Numbered from the stretch's first letter, positions 9,535 through 17,663 are shown. The stretch is 20,000 nt of DNA from an uncultured virus (IMG/VR IMGVR_UViG_3300030613_000009) (IMGVR_UViG_3300030613_000009:53974-73973), one strand, 5' to 3'. The notes: generated from the letters alone by a model not told the origin. Translations and numbers: made by a program.

Positions 9535-9541
9535 AGATTAC
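9535..9541 (-). promoter_or_regulatory. Putative late promoter motif (GTAATCT)
   Basis: Same core as the other copies, followed 8 nt later by A. Gives a leader of about 75 nt with a hairpin (9488-9513) before ATG 9450. Confidence 0.5.
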
Positions 9542-9577
9542 ACCCTAGAGAAAACAAGCCCACCAATAGCCCTTCGT

Positions 9578-9712
9578 TCACCTCTTACGACTCGAGATAT
9601 CGCACCGCCGCAGGCGAGTTTTCATTGGCCGTATCGTCTGACCCACATAACGAACGTTATCGTAGCGTGGGTCGGTGAGAGCGTATATGACGCCATCTTG
9701 GCGGTCAGTCAC
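9578..9712 (-). pseudogene. Truncated GIY-YIG homing endonuclease (44 codons)
   Basis: My translation from GTG 9712: VTDRQDGVIYALTDPRYDNVRYVGQTIRPMKTRLRRCDISSRKR*. It has the GIY-like IY, the YIG-like YVG and the downstream Arg, then stops early. Confidence 0.75.
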
Positions 9713-10025
9713 AGGCGTCACCAGAGCGCGTCTTCTTTTGTAGGGTCCTCATTCTATCCGTTAGCTCTTGGTACTCCGGCAAACAGAACTCATAGTCCGA
9801 AAGAGCCGCCCACTCCCCCTTGGACAATTCGGTCCACTCTAGACCTGGCTCGTGCTGTTGGGCTATGTGCCTGGCCACGGCTCGGTGTGAAGCTGCGCCT
9901 ACTACTTCGCCGCCATCCAAAGCCATGAGGTGGAGTCCGCCGCGTGTCTTGACGTGCCACAGCACCTTGCCTTTGACCTTACCTACTGCGCGCTTGAATT
10001 CTATTTCGTTTGTGGGTATCCTCAT
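9705..10025 (-). CDS. Hypothetical protein in the structural operon
   Basis: 106 aa with AAGGT SD; co-directional and tightly packed. Confidence 0.8.
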   Translation of the reverse strand: MRIPTNEIEFKRAVGKVKGKVLWHVKTRGGLHLMALDGGEVVGAASHRAVARHIAQQHEPGLEWTELSKGEWAALSDYEFCLPEYQELTDRMRTLQKKTRSGDACD

Positions 10026-10033
10026 ACGTTACC

Positions 10034-10567
10034 TTACACGCTGTAGATGAAGTCGATTACGTCTGTGGCGGCTAGTTGGAACCCAGCCACAGTCGGATTC
10101 CAATACAAAAGGTCTCCTGTCGTAAGGGCGCCGGAGGCACGAGGAGTCACGCCACCGTCTCCGCTGAAATAACAATCAACTCCAACCTTGGTCCCATTGC
10201 CTAGACGAGCGCCTAGCCCGTTAGCTAGCACCTCAACCCAACCAGGAAGGGTTACGGCCAGTGCGGTCACACAAGCCAAGTCGCCATCGCTGGCTGTGAC
10301 GCTCGCCGCCATGTTGCGGTTGTCGTCTGACAGACCGACCGTACTTGTCCCACCCACCAGAACCCAAGTTCCCGGGCCGGCTATTTTCTGGTAGAGCTGG
10401 GTAGTGGATACACGAAGGTAGAGAGTCCCGGACGGACAATTCTGAATCTTGGCTGGAGCGCCACCACCATTGGGGTCGCCGTCGTAACCGCCGCAGTTGG
10501 CTGGGGTGAGGAGAACTGGGCGTTGGGGAAGTTCTGTTGTGACGAATGTCTCGAATGGAGTAGCCAT
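10034..10567 (-). CDS. Putative virion structural protein with C-terminal CYFSGD module
   Basis: GTLYLRVSTTQLYQK...W fibre-type motif; C-terminal ~95 aa paralogous to segments of 3859..4935 and 8128..9450. Confidence 0.8.
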   Translation of the reverse strand: MATPFETFVTTELPQRPVLLTPANCGGYDGDPNGGGAPAKIQNCPSGTLYLRVSTTQLYQKIAGPGTWVLVGGTSTVGLSDDNRNMAASVTASDGDLACVTALAVTLPGWVEVLANGLGARLGNGTKVGVDCYFSGDGGVTPRASGALTTGDLLYWNPTVAGFQLAATDVIDFIYSV

Positions 10568-12309
10568 TAGACGGTCTCCTGTACGGACAGAATCTGGGCT
10601 GTGCCCGTGGAGTTAGTGCTGGCCGCCGACACATCATTCCACCACAAGCTAGTAGGGTTGCTGCCAATCGAATCCACGGTGTACGTGTCTACGATATTGG
10701 AATGGTCCCCCTGCACAGCGTTGCGAAGCGCTGGCTGGTTCGTGGCGGTGAAGATACTGGCCGTGAGCTTCGAGTATGTAGTCACCGCGACGTTCATGGT
10801 TGTCGTTTGGCTGAATGCGGCAAAAGTCAAATCCCTGGCCACAAACCCGCCGAGTACGTATGTTGAGCCAGAGCCGATAGAGTTCTGTACTAGGCCTGCG
10901 AGTCCTGTAGCTACGAGTCCGTTGAAGGCGTAGCTGGCCTTGACGTCGTTGTCATGGACAGTCAGAGCGCGAGTCCAAACTGAAGGTCCGCCAGCCCAAC
11001 TACCGATGAACGTGCCTCCACCAACACCTTCAAGCATCGTAGGTGCGCTTAAGAGCTGTTGGTCGGCAGTCAAGGTAATTGTGTGGCTTTGGAGTGCGGT
11101 CCCATCGTTGCCTCCAGAGCGGAGGCGGGCTGCTGGTGTGGCGACGCCAACGGTCGGGGCCACGTTGGCGATGCTGACTACCGTGTCGCTGGTGGTGCTG
11201 GCTGCGTTTGCTGCTCGAGTCGCGAAGGTACGAAGGTTGGTTGTCGAGATATTGTATGTCCCGGCAATGCGAGTGACGGTCTTGGTGGCTTCGATGAGGG
11301 TCGGGTTGGCTATTGACACGTCGCCGTTGGGAGAAGTGAAAGCAACCGTGTCGAGGTTGGCTAATGTAATACCAACCGTGGCCGATTCAGAGTTCTTCAA
11401 TGCGAGCTGTGAGCCTGGGTAGGTCTTGGCTCCCCACGTAGCTGTCGGATAAAGATTGCACAACACAACGGTGTTGGATGTGTCGGCCGTGGCTCCATAC
11501 GCACCAGCAACGTTCTTGGCTTTGAGCCTGGCTGCCAAGGCTTGAGGTGTGGTACCTCTATCTGCGATGGTGATTGTGACGCTAAAGTTCGTCGACAAAC
11601 CACACGCGATAGTCTGCAGGACGCCAGCTCCAAAGTTCTGGACCTCGACCCCATTCGTGGGGACGTCAGTTGTACCGGAAACCTGGAAAGTGTCGCCTGC
11701 TTTTAGCTCAGTCTGTGAACCTGGATACCCGCCAGTGAAGGCGAGCGTAAGAATTGTGGGAGGGGCATCGTAGGTGAGGACGGCTGTGTCTGCCGCACCT
11801 GGGTTGCCATCGGGTGAAGTGACTCGGGCCACCAAATCGCCAGAACCAGCTACGGTTACGGCCACAGTACCAGAATAGAACCCGCCGCTGACGTCTCGGG
11901 CCAGGGTTGCTGGGGTTGCGTCGATGGTCACGATTGGGTATGATGCACGAACAGAGACATTGAGGGTCAGCCCAGAAATGGTGCATGACTGAAGGACCGT
12001 ATTGCCTGGTGGGTCTTCGAAGGTCTTGTCGGAAGCTACGCCGCCGCCTGTGACCGCGATGTCGTTGATGATAATCCAACCCTCAAGGCCTGTGCCTGGG
12101 GGTCCGGCTGGACCCGGCGGGCCTGCTGGGCCTGGGTCACCTTGTGGACCTTGACTGCCAGCTGGGCCCTGAATACCCTGTGGCCCTTGAGGTCCTGGCG
12201 GACCCGGGGGACCTCTTTGACCGGCAGAAGCCCCGCCATTGCTAGCGCCAGGGTCATAGACCGTGTATTCTGGATACGCACCCGGGATGTCTAAAATTGC
12301 TCGTGCCAT
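10567..12309 (-). CDS. Collagen-repeat virion protein with beta-rich (Ig-like) domains (580 aa)
   Basis: N-terminal (Gly-X-Y)15 followed by Thr/Val-rich beta-strand segments. TAATG overlap with the next gene. Confidence 0.85.
   Translation of the reverse strand: MARAILDIPGAYPEYTVYDPGASNGGASAGQRGPPGPPGPQGPQGIQGPAGSQGPQGDPGPAGPPGPAGPPGTGLEGWIIINDIAVTGGGVASDKTFEDPPGNTVLQSCTISGLTLNVSVRASYPIVTIDATPATLARDVSGGFYSGTVAVTVAGSGDLVARVTSPDGNPGAADTAVLTYDAPPTILTLAFTGGYPGSQTELKAGDTFQVSGTTDVPTNGVEVQNFGAGVLQTIACGLSTNFSVTITIADRGTTPQALAARLKAKNVAGAYGATADTSNTVVLCNLYPTATWGAKTYPGSQLALKNSESATVGITLANLDTVAFTSPNGDVSIANPTLIEATKTVTRIAGTYNISTTNLRTFATRAANAASTTSDTVVSIANVAPTVGVATPAARLRSGGNDGTALQSHTITLTADQQLLSAPTMLEGVGGGTFIGSWAGGPSVWTRALTVHDNDVKASYAFNGLVATGLAGLVQNSIGSGSTYVLGGFVARDLTFAAFSQTTTMNVAVTTYSKLTASIFTATNQPALRNAVQGDHSNIVDTYTVDSIGSNPTSLWWNDVSAASTNSTGTAQILSVQETV
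12088..12222 (-). repeat. Collagen-like Gly-X-Y repeat
   Basis: [45 protein letters not shown]. Confidence 0.95.
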
Positions 12310-12312
12310 CGA

Positions 12313-12324
12313 AATCTAGATTAT
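12313..12324 (-). promoter_or_regulatory. Putative late promoter motif (ATAATCTAGATT)
   Basis: ATAATCT followed by exactly 8 nt and then ATG 12309; no SD. Confidence 0.65.
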
Positions 12325-12328
12325 GGGC

Positions 12329-12367
12329 TTGACAGTCTCCCCCAATCCACTGTAGAAGTTACCCATG
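12329..12367 (+). promoter_or_regulatory. Sigma70-like promoter, leaderless type
   Basis: TTGACA at 12329 with ATG exactly 36 nt downstream. The -10 is weak (GTAGAA or TAGAAG) and there is no SD. Confidence 0.65.
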
Positions 12368-12958
12368 AACTCGAAAATCATCGCAGCGTGTGCAGTTGTC
12401 CTGGTCGGGTGTGAGGGCGGGTATTACTTCAACTGCCCCGACCCCATCTTCGGCAAGATTGGCATCGAAGATGGGGTGAAGCTGACCTGCGCCCAAATCT
12501 CGGAGCGGGCTCGGCTGGCACGGGACTTGATGGAAGACTCGAAGTTGTACGAAGACTTCACGGCCGAAGCTCCAGGTGTCGAACTCTTCGTCTACAATGT
12601 CCACGCCTGGGAGATTTTCGGGGTCGGAGTCGGAGGGGTGGCATACTACATCGGTGGGTCGGTAGACGTAGATGTGGGAATGATGTCTCTGGTACACGAG
12701 ATGTTCCATATCAAGGACTACAATGACAGTGGATTCCCGCTGGGTGACGGACACGCCGATTGGGACATCAATGGACGCTACGCCCTGAGTTCATTCTACA
12801 GCCACGAGGTTTACGGCCTAGACCCCACAGCAGGCAAGCAGTTTTACTGCAAGAGCACACTCCCTTTGAATATCAAGTATAACCTCATCGATGCTGGCTG
12901 GGGCGAGGATTTGTCGAACTGGTACAAGAACAAAGCATCGCTGTGTGACCCGAAGTAG
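12365..12958 (+). CDS. Putative lipoprotein zinc metallopeptidase (HEXXH)
   Basis: Signal peptide with lipobox (MNSKIIAACAVVLVG-C16), LVHEMFH zincin motif, and a further His in GDGHADW. Confidence 0.7.
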   Translation: MNSKIIAACAVVLVGCEGGYYFNCPDPIFGKIGIEDGVKLTCAQISERARLARDLMEDSKLYEDFTAEAPGVELFVYNVHAWEIFGVGVGGVAYYIGGSVDVDVGMMSLVHEMFHIKDYNDSGFPLGDGHADWDINGRYALSSFYSHEVYGLDPTAGKQFYCKSTLPLNIKYNLIDAGWGEDLSNWYKNKASLCDPK

Positions 12959-12959
12959 G

Positions 12960-14309
12960 TTACCCTATCTCTTCGACGCTCCACCCAAAAGCAGTATCAG
13001 CACTGGCAGCCGCAGATAGCGTCACCACGAAGTTGCCAGAATTGCGGACGGTCCAGCTTCGGGCCGCTCCGTGGTCCCCGAACCAAGATATAGATATCTG
13101 ACTCGTAGTCGCGGCAAGAGAGTTGGTTATGGTGCAGGTCGTTTGGCCTGACGCTATGGCGGAAATACCAGACGGCTTATTTATAATTGCGTCACCTGGA
13201 GTTCCTGAAGAGTCGGTGCCTGTGCGTACGAGCTTGGCGTCGAACTGTTTGGAACCGGTGATGACTTCGGTGCCGGCCAAATGTACCATCAAGCCATCGA
13301 GTTCGCTAAGTCCTGCCTGAACATCGATGGATGTGATGTTGCCTGTAGGCGTGTAAGTGACGGATGCAGCAGGAAGGGCGGTGGCGGTGGCGTTGGGGAG
13401 AGAGACAGAGGTGCGATAGTCGGTCGATTCGATGAAGGTAATAGTGGTTCCGCCCGTACGTCGGTAGACGACCGAATACAGCAGCTTCCATTCTTGGGTG
13501 GTCAAATTGGGAAAATTGGGCTGTGCGGCGGCTCGTGCGTTAGCTAGATTTCCTTGTGATTGGCCTACGACTACAGATATTGGGTAGTCAACTGCATTGG
13601 TCGCGTAAACCCAGTTCTTGACATAGTTGTTGTTTGGGACGTCTGTGAGCGTGCCCGCATTGTCGTATTTCAGAACGGAAGCTACAGCTTTGTAGGGGGT
13701 CGAGATGGTGCTTTCAAACTGCATCTGGTTGGAGGAGTTGCGGTACCACAGCCTACATGTAGTCAGCGGTCCGGTTACGTTGAGTTGTATGTCTTCGTCC
13801 CACAAAATCCCAGTCGCGATAGAAAAAGATGCATTGCCGAAGGTCCCTCCGTATCCATAGCCCCAAGCTGCGCCTCGGGTGTAGTGCAGGTATTTGTGTA
13901 GTTGTCGGTCTCGCTTGTATGAGTGTCGTTCGTCCGAAAGTTCGCCCTCGGTGCCATTCCAATAGACGGTTGCGGTAGGGGCTGCTAGGTTGGTTGTGAT
14001 TTCCCAAACAGACGTAGAGATGTTGAGCCCGCTGGATGTAAGATAGATGTAATAAAAACCTACGACGTTTGGGACTTCGATGGTTAGTGGTGACGTAATG
14101 GAATATTTGATATTTTGAAAGTATACGTTGTAGGCGCCAGAAATCGTAAAGATGCGGTTGGTGTTGTTGAATGCTAAAGTAGAATCAGTGCGGTTCTCGA
14201 AACCTGCCAAATCCTTTGTCTCGGTGGGCTGCCACACATCGCCGTCCCACACGACACCTTGTCCTAGGGACGCTCCAGACTGAGATAGCTGCTTGGTGTG
14301 GGTGCGCAT
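12960..14309 (-). CDS. Putative fibre/appendage protein (449 aa)
   Basis: KQL N-terminus, aromatic-rich central domain, YTPTGNITSIDVQAGLSEL and VHLAGTEVITGSKQF fibre motifs, C-terminal DHGAARSW domain. GGAG SD. Confidence 0.85.
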   Translation of the reverse strand: MRTHTKQLSQSGASLGQGVVWDGDVWQPTETKDLAGFENRTDSTLAFNNTNRIFTISGAYNVYFQNIKYSITSPLTIEVPNVVGFYYIYLTSSGLNISTSVWEITTNLAAPTATVYWNGTEGELSDERHSYKRDRQLHKYLHYTRGAAWGYGYGGTFGNASFSIATGILWDEDIQLNVTGPLTTCRLWYRNSSNQMQFESTISTPYKAVASVLKYDNAGTLTDVPNNNYVKNWVYATNAVDYPISVVVGQSQGNLANARAAAQPNFPNLTTQEWKLLYSVVYRRTGGTTITFIESTDYRTSVSLPNATATALPAASVTYTPTGNITSIDVQAGLSELDGLMVHLAGTEVITGSKQFDAKLVRTGTDSSGTPGDAIINKPSGISAIASGQTTCTITNSLAATTSQISISWFGDHGAARSWTVRNSGNFVVTLSAAASADTAFGWSVEEIG

Positions 14310-14331
14310 GTACTCCGCTCGGTGCTGGTCG

Positions 14332-14344
14332 AATCTTAGATTAT
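14332..14344 (-). promoter_or_regulatory. Putative late promoter motif (ATAATCTAAGATT)
   Basis: Intergenic; 12 of 13 nt identical to the 4951-4963 copy. Confidence 0.65.
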
Positions 14345-14360
14345 CCGACCAAGAGCCCGA

Positions 14361-15062
14361 TTAGGTTGGGTACTGCTTTCCAGCTCCAGCGTTGTACAGT
14401 TCAGTTATTTCGGCTGGGGTGAGCACCCTATCCCACATGGCGATTTCATCGATGTCGCCTTTGAATTTATTCAGGCCCAATGGCGCCTTGCCGATACCCA
14501 GCACGCCGGCAGCCGTATTAGGAGCGGCAGCCGTTGGCGTCCAAGCGACGTTGTCTAGGTAGCATGTGGCATTGACGCCATCATAAACCCAAACCACATG
14601 GTGCCACAGACCCATGACCACAATCGTCGGCCCCAAAACTATCGCCCCGCCTAAGTCTAGTACGAACGTCTCCATTATGGGTCCGCCCATTTCCATATGA
14701 TGGATTGTGGGCGTCCACATGCCCTGGGGCAAAGGACTGCCATACCCAAATATCGGCATCACAGTGAGCGCGCCTCCCGACATCGTACTCTTTACCCACA
14801 CGCTTGAAGTCCGCGAGCTAGCTCCCAATACGGTAGGGCTGACCGTCGTAACGATTTGGCTAGTGCTGCCGTCGAAGTCGCCGCCCTGGTTGATTTTGCC
14901 GTATGCCGAATCGTATAGGACGTTCGTATCGGTGCCGTTCGTACCACCTAGCTCTTCGTGCGAATTGCCGTCCATTTTGTAATAGAATTGCAACCCATTC
15001 CACAGTGGGTTTGGGGGTGGGCCAGCCTCACCACCGAAGAGCATACAAATGGAGCTAAACAT
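14361..15062 (-). CDS. LamG / concanavalin A-like lectin domain protein
   Basis: YYKMDGN...FDG...SVWVK...WHHVVWVYDG...YLDN...FKGDIDEIAMWDRVLTPAEITELYN is a typical Laminin_G_3 signature. Confidence 0.9.
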   Translation of the reverse strand: MFSSICMLFGGEAGPPPNPLWNGLQFYYKMDGNSHEELGGTNGTDTNVLYDSAYGKINQGGDFDGSTSQIVTTVSPTVLGASSRTSSVWVKSTMSGGALTVMPIFGYGSPLPQGMWTPTIHHMEMGGPIMETFVLDLGGAIVLGPTIVVMGLWHHVVWVYDGVNATCYLDNVAWTPTAAAPNTAAGVLGIGKAPLGLNKFKGDIDEIAMWDRVLTPAEITELYNAGAGKQYPT

Positions 15063-16558
15063 TAGCGCTTACCGTCTTTCAAGAGTTGGCAAAATGCGGT
15101 GGTGGCTCCAGGCAGCACTCTATAGACAAGCATGTCAACCGCACCTGCTGTAGCTGTCAATGTGGGAACCGTACCACCAGCGAAGACCCAGAACGTATTG
15201 AATGCCATCGTTCGGGGAATCGCTCCTCCCGTGATGGCAATCGAACCAGACTGTCCGGCAACCGCATTAGTTGGTGCGGCTAGGGTGGTGTCTTCAGTAG
15301 TGGTATGGCGGAAGTCGTTGGCTAGGTTGAGGTCGACAGCGATGGACCCGCCAGTTGATGTCAGGGCGACTTCGGCCACTCGCTTGGCCCCACCAAAGGT
15401 CTGGCCTGTGGTTGACACTGAGCCAGCATGTGTGGCGTCAGCCTGACCAATTAGAGTCAATACGGCTGGGCCAGCCGTAAGCGTGCAGTTGCCGAGTGAG
15501 ATTGGGTCCAGTGTGATGGCTTGGGTTGCATCCGTGCCAGTAACAGAGAACGGAGTCTCCATCGCCTTGCGACCGATACAAGACATCGAAAGGTAGGCGT
15601 TGGCCCCGGACAGAGAGATGGCTGACTGGGTGGACCCACCGTAATACTGCACAGCACTCGCATCGGTAATCGTAGTGGCCTGTGATGTCCCGTGACAGTC
15701 ATAGAACCACACAGACGTACCGTTCTGAATGGCCATGGCGCCAGTGAAGATAACGTCGAACACGTATAGAATGAGCGAGCCAGCTGAGTTGTCTTGGGTG
15801 AAGGTGACCGGGGCAGCGATGCGAGAATCATACACATAGATTCTGGGGACGTTCCCTCCCATCGTGTTGTTGCCATGGACCGTGAAGCTGCCCGAAGCGA
15901 TTCCAATCTCAGAAATCGTCGTATTCCAGGGAGAGCCGTCAGGCGCCACTAGGAAAGCTCCGTTGATGACAGTGCCCCAAGTAGTGTCTCCGGAGATGGT
16001 CACGTAGGGCTTAGCTAGTGTGACGTCCTCGGTGTACACTCCGGCTTCCACTTGGACAACGAAGGGGTTGGTTGGGCCGCTGCCTGAAATGGAGTTGATT
16101 GCACCCTGTATGGTCTTGAAAGGGAAGGCCGGTGAGCCGTTTTCGGTGTATGTGTCGGTACGGTCTCCGTTTACCCACAAAGTGTTTGTGGCATATTCCA
16201 TTTGCGGCTGGTCGCCAGTGTTGGTTCCGGACGTGTTGCCAATTACAACGAGCTGGGCGTCGGTCACGTACCGAGCGTCAGTACTGTCTGCGATGTCGGC
16301 TGTGGTAGCTGCAGCACCTGCAGTTACAAGGCCCTTTGCATCGTAGGTGATTTTGGTATTGGTGCCTGCAGTGATGGGAGCATTCTCACCGACCTTGCCA
16401 TTAAGGGAGGCTTGTAGGTCTGTCTGGTTCGAAAGAGTGCCGGTGATGCTACCCCACGTAGTGGTTGCGGCTGAGTTGATGGCATCGGCGATGTCTTGGG
16501 CTGAAGGAGGGCCAACGATGTCGCTTAATGTCCGGTGGGTGTAATATGTAATGGGCAT
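15062..16558 (-). CDS. Tail-spike/fibre protein with putative pectin-lyase-like beta-helix (498 aa)
   Basis: WGSITGTLSNQTDL module, beta-helix cap motif (NGSPAFPFKTIQGAI...VQVEAGVYTEDV) and C-terminal PTLTATAGAVD fibre domain. Confidence 0.8.
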   Translation of the reverse strand: MPITYYTHRTLSDIVGPPSAQDIADAINSAATTTWGSITGTLSNQTDLQASLNGKVGENAPITAGTNTKITYDAKGLVTAGAAATTADIADSTDARYVTDAQLVVIGNTSGTNTGDQPQMEYATNTLWVNGDRTDTYTENGSPAFPFKTIQGAINSISGSGPTNPFVVQVEAGVYTEDVTLAKPYVTISGDTTWGTVINGAFLVAPDGSPWNTTISEIGIASGSFTVHGNNTMGGNVPRIYVYDSRIAAPVTFTQDNSAGSLILYVFDVIFTGAMAIQNGTSVWFYDCHGTSQATTITDASAVQYYGGSTQSAISLSGANAYLSMSCIGRKAMETPFSVTGTDATQAITLDPISLGNCTLTAGPAVLTLIGQADATHAGSVSTTGQTFGGAKRVAEVALTSTGGSIAVDLNLANDFRHTTTEDTTLAAPTNAVAGQSGSIAITGGAIPRTMAFNTFWVFAGGTVPTLTATAGAVDMLVYRVLPGATTAFCQLLKDGKR

Positions 16559-16561
16559 GGA

Positions 16562-16945
16562 TTATTCCTCTTTGGGGAGCAAAAAAGCGTCAGCACCGTG
16601 TGCTTTGAACTTGTATTGTTTAGGCTTGTCTTCAGCCTCTAGGAGGGCTTTGACTTCGTCAGGAACTTGGTCGGTAGCGTCAAGCCCCAGAGCATCCATG
16701 TGGTGGCTGTAGGCTTCACCGTGCATTCGAGCTTCGTCCAAGTCTCCACCAGCTTGGGCCATACGCATTCCGCGCAAATGATGCGCCGACGCTTGAAGGT
16801 GCTGGGTGCGCTTATACTCTTTATAAGATTCTTTTTCCGCTTGACTTCTGGGCGTACCTTCGCCAAACTCCTTCAGGGCCGCTGCTGTCTCGAGGGCGTC
16901 GTAATCGGAGTCCTTCAGAATGGGGTTTTTGTACCAATCCTTCAT
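16562..16945 (-). CDS. Hypothetical protein (127 aa), first gene of the late block
   Basis: ORF 16562..17020 restarted at ATG 16945, 8 nt after ATAATCT. The longer TTG start overlaps a + strand promoter and ORF. Confidence 0.75.
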   Translation of the reverse strand: MKDWYKNPILKDSDYDALETAAALKEFGEGTPRSQAEKESYKEYKRTQHLQASAHHLRGMRMAQAGGDLDEARMHGEAYSHHMDALGLDATDQVPDEVKALLEAEDKPKQYKFKAHGADAFLLPKEE

Positions 16946-16953
16946 GTGTGGAT

Positions 16954-16960
16954 AGATTAT
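16954..16960 (-). promoter_or_regulatory. Putative late promoter motif (ATAATCT)
   Basis: Exactly 8 nt before ATG 16945, the same spacing as at 12309. Confidence 0.6.
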
Positions 16961-16966
16961 CCGGGC

Positions 16967-17005
16967 TTGACGCCTGAATGCTGAGGTGGTAGATATAGGT
17001 CCATG
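16967..17005 (+). promoter_or_regulatory. Sigma70-like promoter, leaderless type
   Basis: TTGACG-17nt-TAGATA-7nt-ATG (17003). Confidence 0.7.
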
Positions 17006-17092
17006 AGCGAGCCGACCCAATACGTCATCCGCTGGGCCTGGAGCAATGCGTCCTGCCCGGAGTTCATAACCCTTCTCAAGGAAATGCCATGA
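17003..17092 (+). CDS. Micro-ORF, 29 aa (MSEPTQYVIRWAWSNASCPEFITLLKEMP)
   Basis: Starts at the predicted +1 of the promoter; ATGA coupling to the next ORF. Below the ORF-track cutoff. Confidence 0.55.
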   Translation: MSEPTQYVIRWAWSNASCPEFITLLKEMP

Positions 17093-17241
17093 AAACCCTC
17101 AACCGATTGCAGATTAAGACCAAAATCATGTTGATGCGCTTGGGGCTGTTTGGGGGTTTGGCCTGGGTCATCGCCGACAAGGTGCGCAGCATCATTTCGA
17201 CGTCGGACGTATCCGCTAAACTCAGTCTACTGGACGCTTGA
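17089..17241 (+). CDS. Small protein, 50 aa, with a central hydrophobic stretch
   Basis: AAGGA SD; MKTLNRLQIKTKIMLMRLGLFGGLAWVIADKVRSIISTSDVSAKLSLLDA*. The stop lies inside the next TTGACA. Confidence 0.6.
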   Translation: MKTLNRLQIKTKIMLMRLGLFGGLAWVIADKVRSIISTSDVSAKLSLLDA

Positions 17242-17276
17242 CATCCAACCCTGACTCTGGCATATAGATACCCATG
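17238..17276 (+). promoter_or_regulatory. Repeated early promoter cassette, leaderless type
   Basis: TTGACA-tccaaccctGACTCtgg-CATATA-gataccc-ATG. Confidence 0.85.
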
Positions 17277-17618
17277 GACAACACGAACGCCGAGCTTCCC
17301 CTCACTGCCTCATCCCCCGCCCTGGTGTCCTTTGTGGACTGGCTCCAGAAGAATCGCACCGAGCTAGCCTACTACGTGGATGGCAATCCAGTTGGTCGTA
17401 CCGCCTTCAAGCTCACGTTCGGCCCGAAGTACATCCGGGTGGTGACCATCTGGACCCATTCTGGTGCCGGCAGCGCCTTTTGCTTCATCGACCGTTCAAA
17501 CGGTGACGTCCTCAGGACCGCTTCGTGGAAGTCGCCAGCCAAGGGAGCGCGGGGCAACATCTTCAAGAGCCCTGAGGGTTACGGTGTGGGTCAGTACGGC
17601 GCAAACCACTTGCGGTAA
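17274..17618 (+). CDS. Conserved phage hypothetical protein
   Basis: GPKYIRVV...SAFCFID...GDVLRTASWKSPAKGARGNIF resembles a family I recall from large myoviruses (GxKYxKI...FVD..GD..K.ASW.APAK). Confidence 0.85.
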   Translation: MDNTNAELPLTASSPALVSFVDWLQKNRTELAYYVDGNPVGRTAFKLTFGPKYIRVVTIWTHSGAGSAFCFIDRSNGDVLRTASWKSPAKGARGNIFKSPEGYGVGQYGANHLR

Positions 17619-17624
17619 GGGCTA

Positions 17625-17663
17625 TTGACATAACCTTCTGACTCTGGCATATAGATACCCATA
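17625..17663 (+). promoter_or_regulatory. Repeated early promoter cassette, leadered type
   Basis: TTGACA-taaccttctGACTCtgg-CATATA-gataccc-ATA, then AGGAG SD. Confidence 0.85.

Noticed and set aside
4325..16544. Many + strand ORFs inside the structural cluster (e.g. 6158, 8729, 10940, 16020)
   Set aside because: They are antisense shadows of the minus-strand fibre genes and have no SD or promoter. Only 12365..12958 occupies its own space.
3859..16558. Diversity-generating retroelement or shufflon acting on the fibre genes
   Set aside because: No reverse transcriptase or invertase is in the window. The repeats are direct and in-frame, and I saw no adenine-specific mismatch pattern.
16946..17020. 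TTG-start N-terminal extension of the 16562 gene
   Set aside because: It overlaps a + strand promoter and micro-ORF. ATG 16945 fits the late-motif spacing.
17111..17116. Additional TAATCT on the minus strand
   Set aside because: It is preceded by T rather than a purine, lies inside a + ORF, and has no convincing downstream gene.
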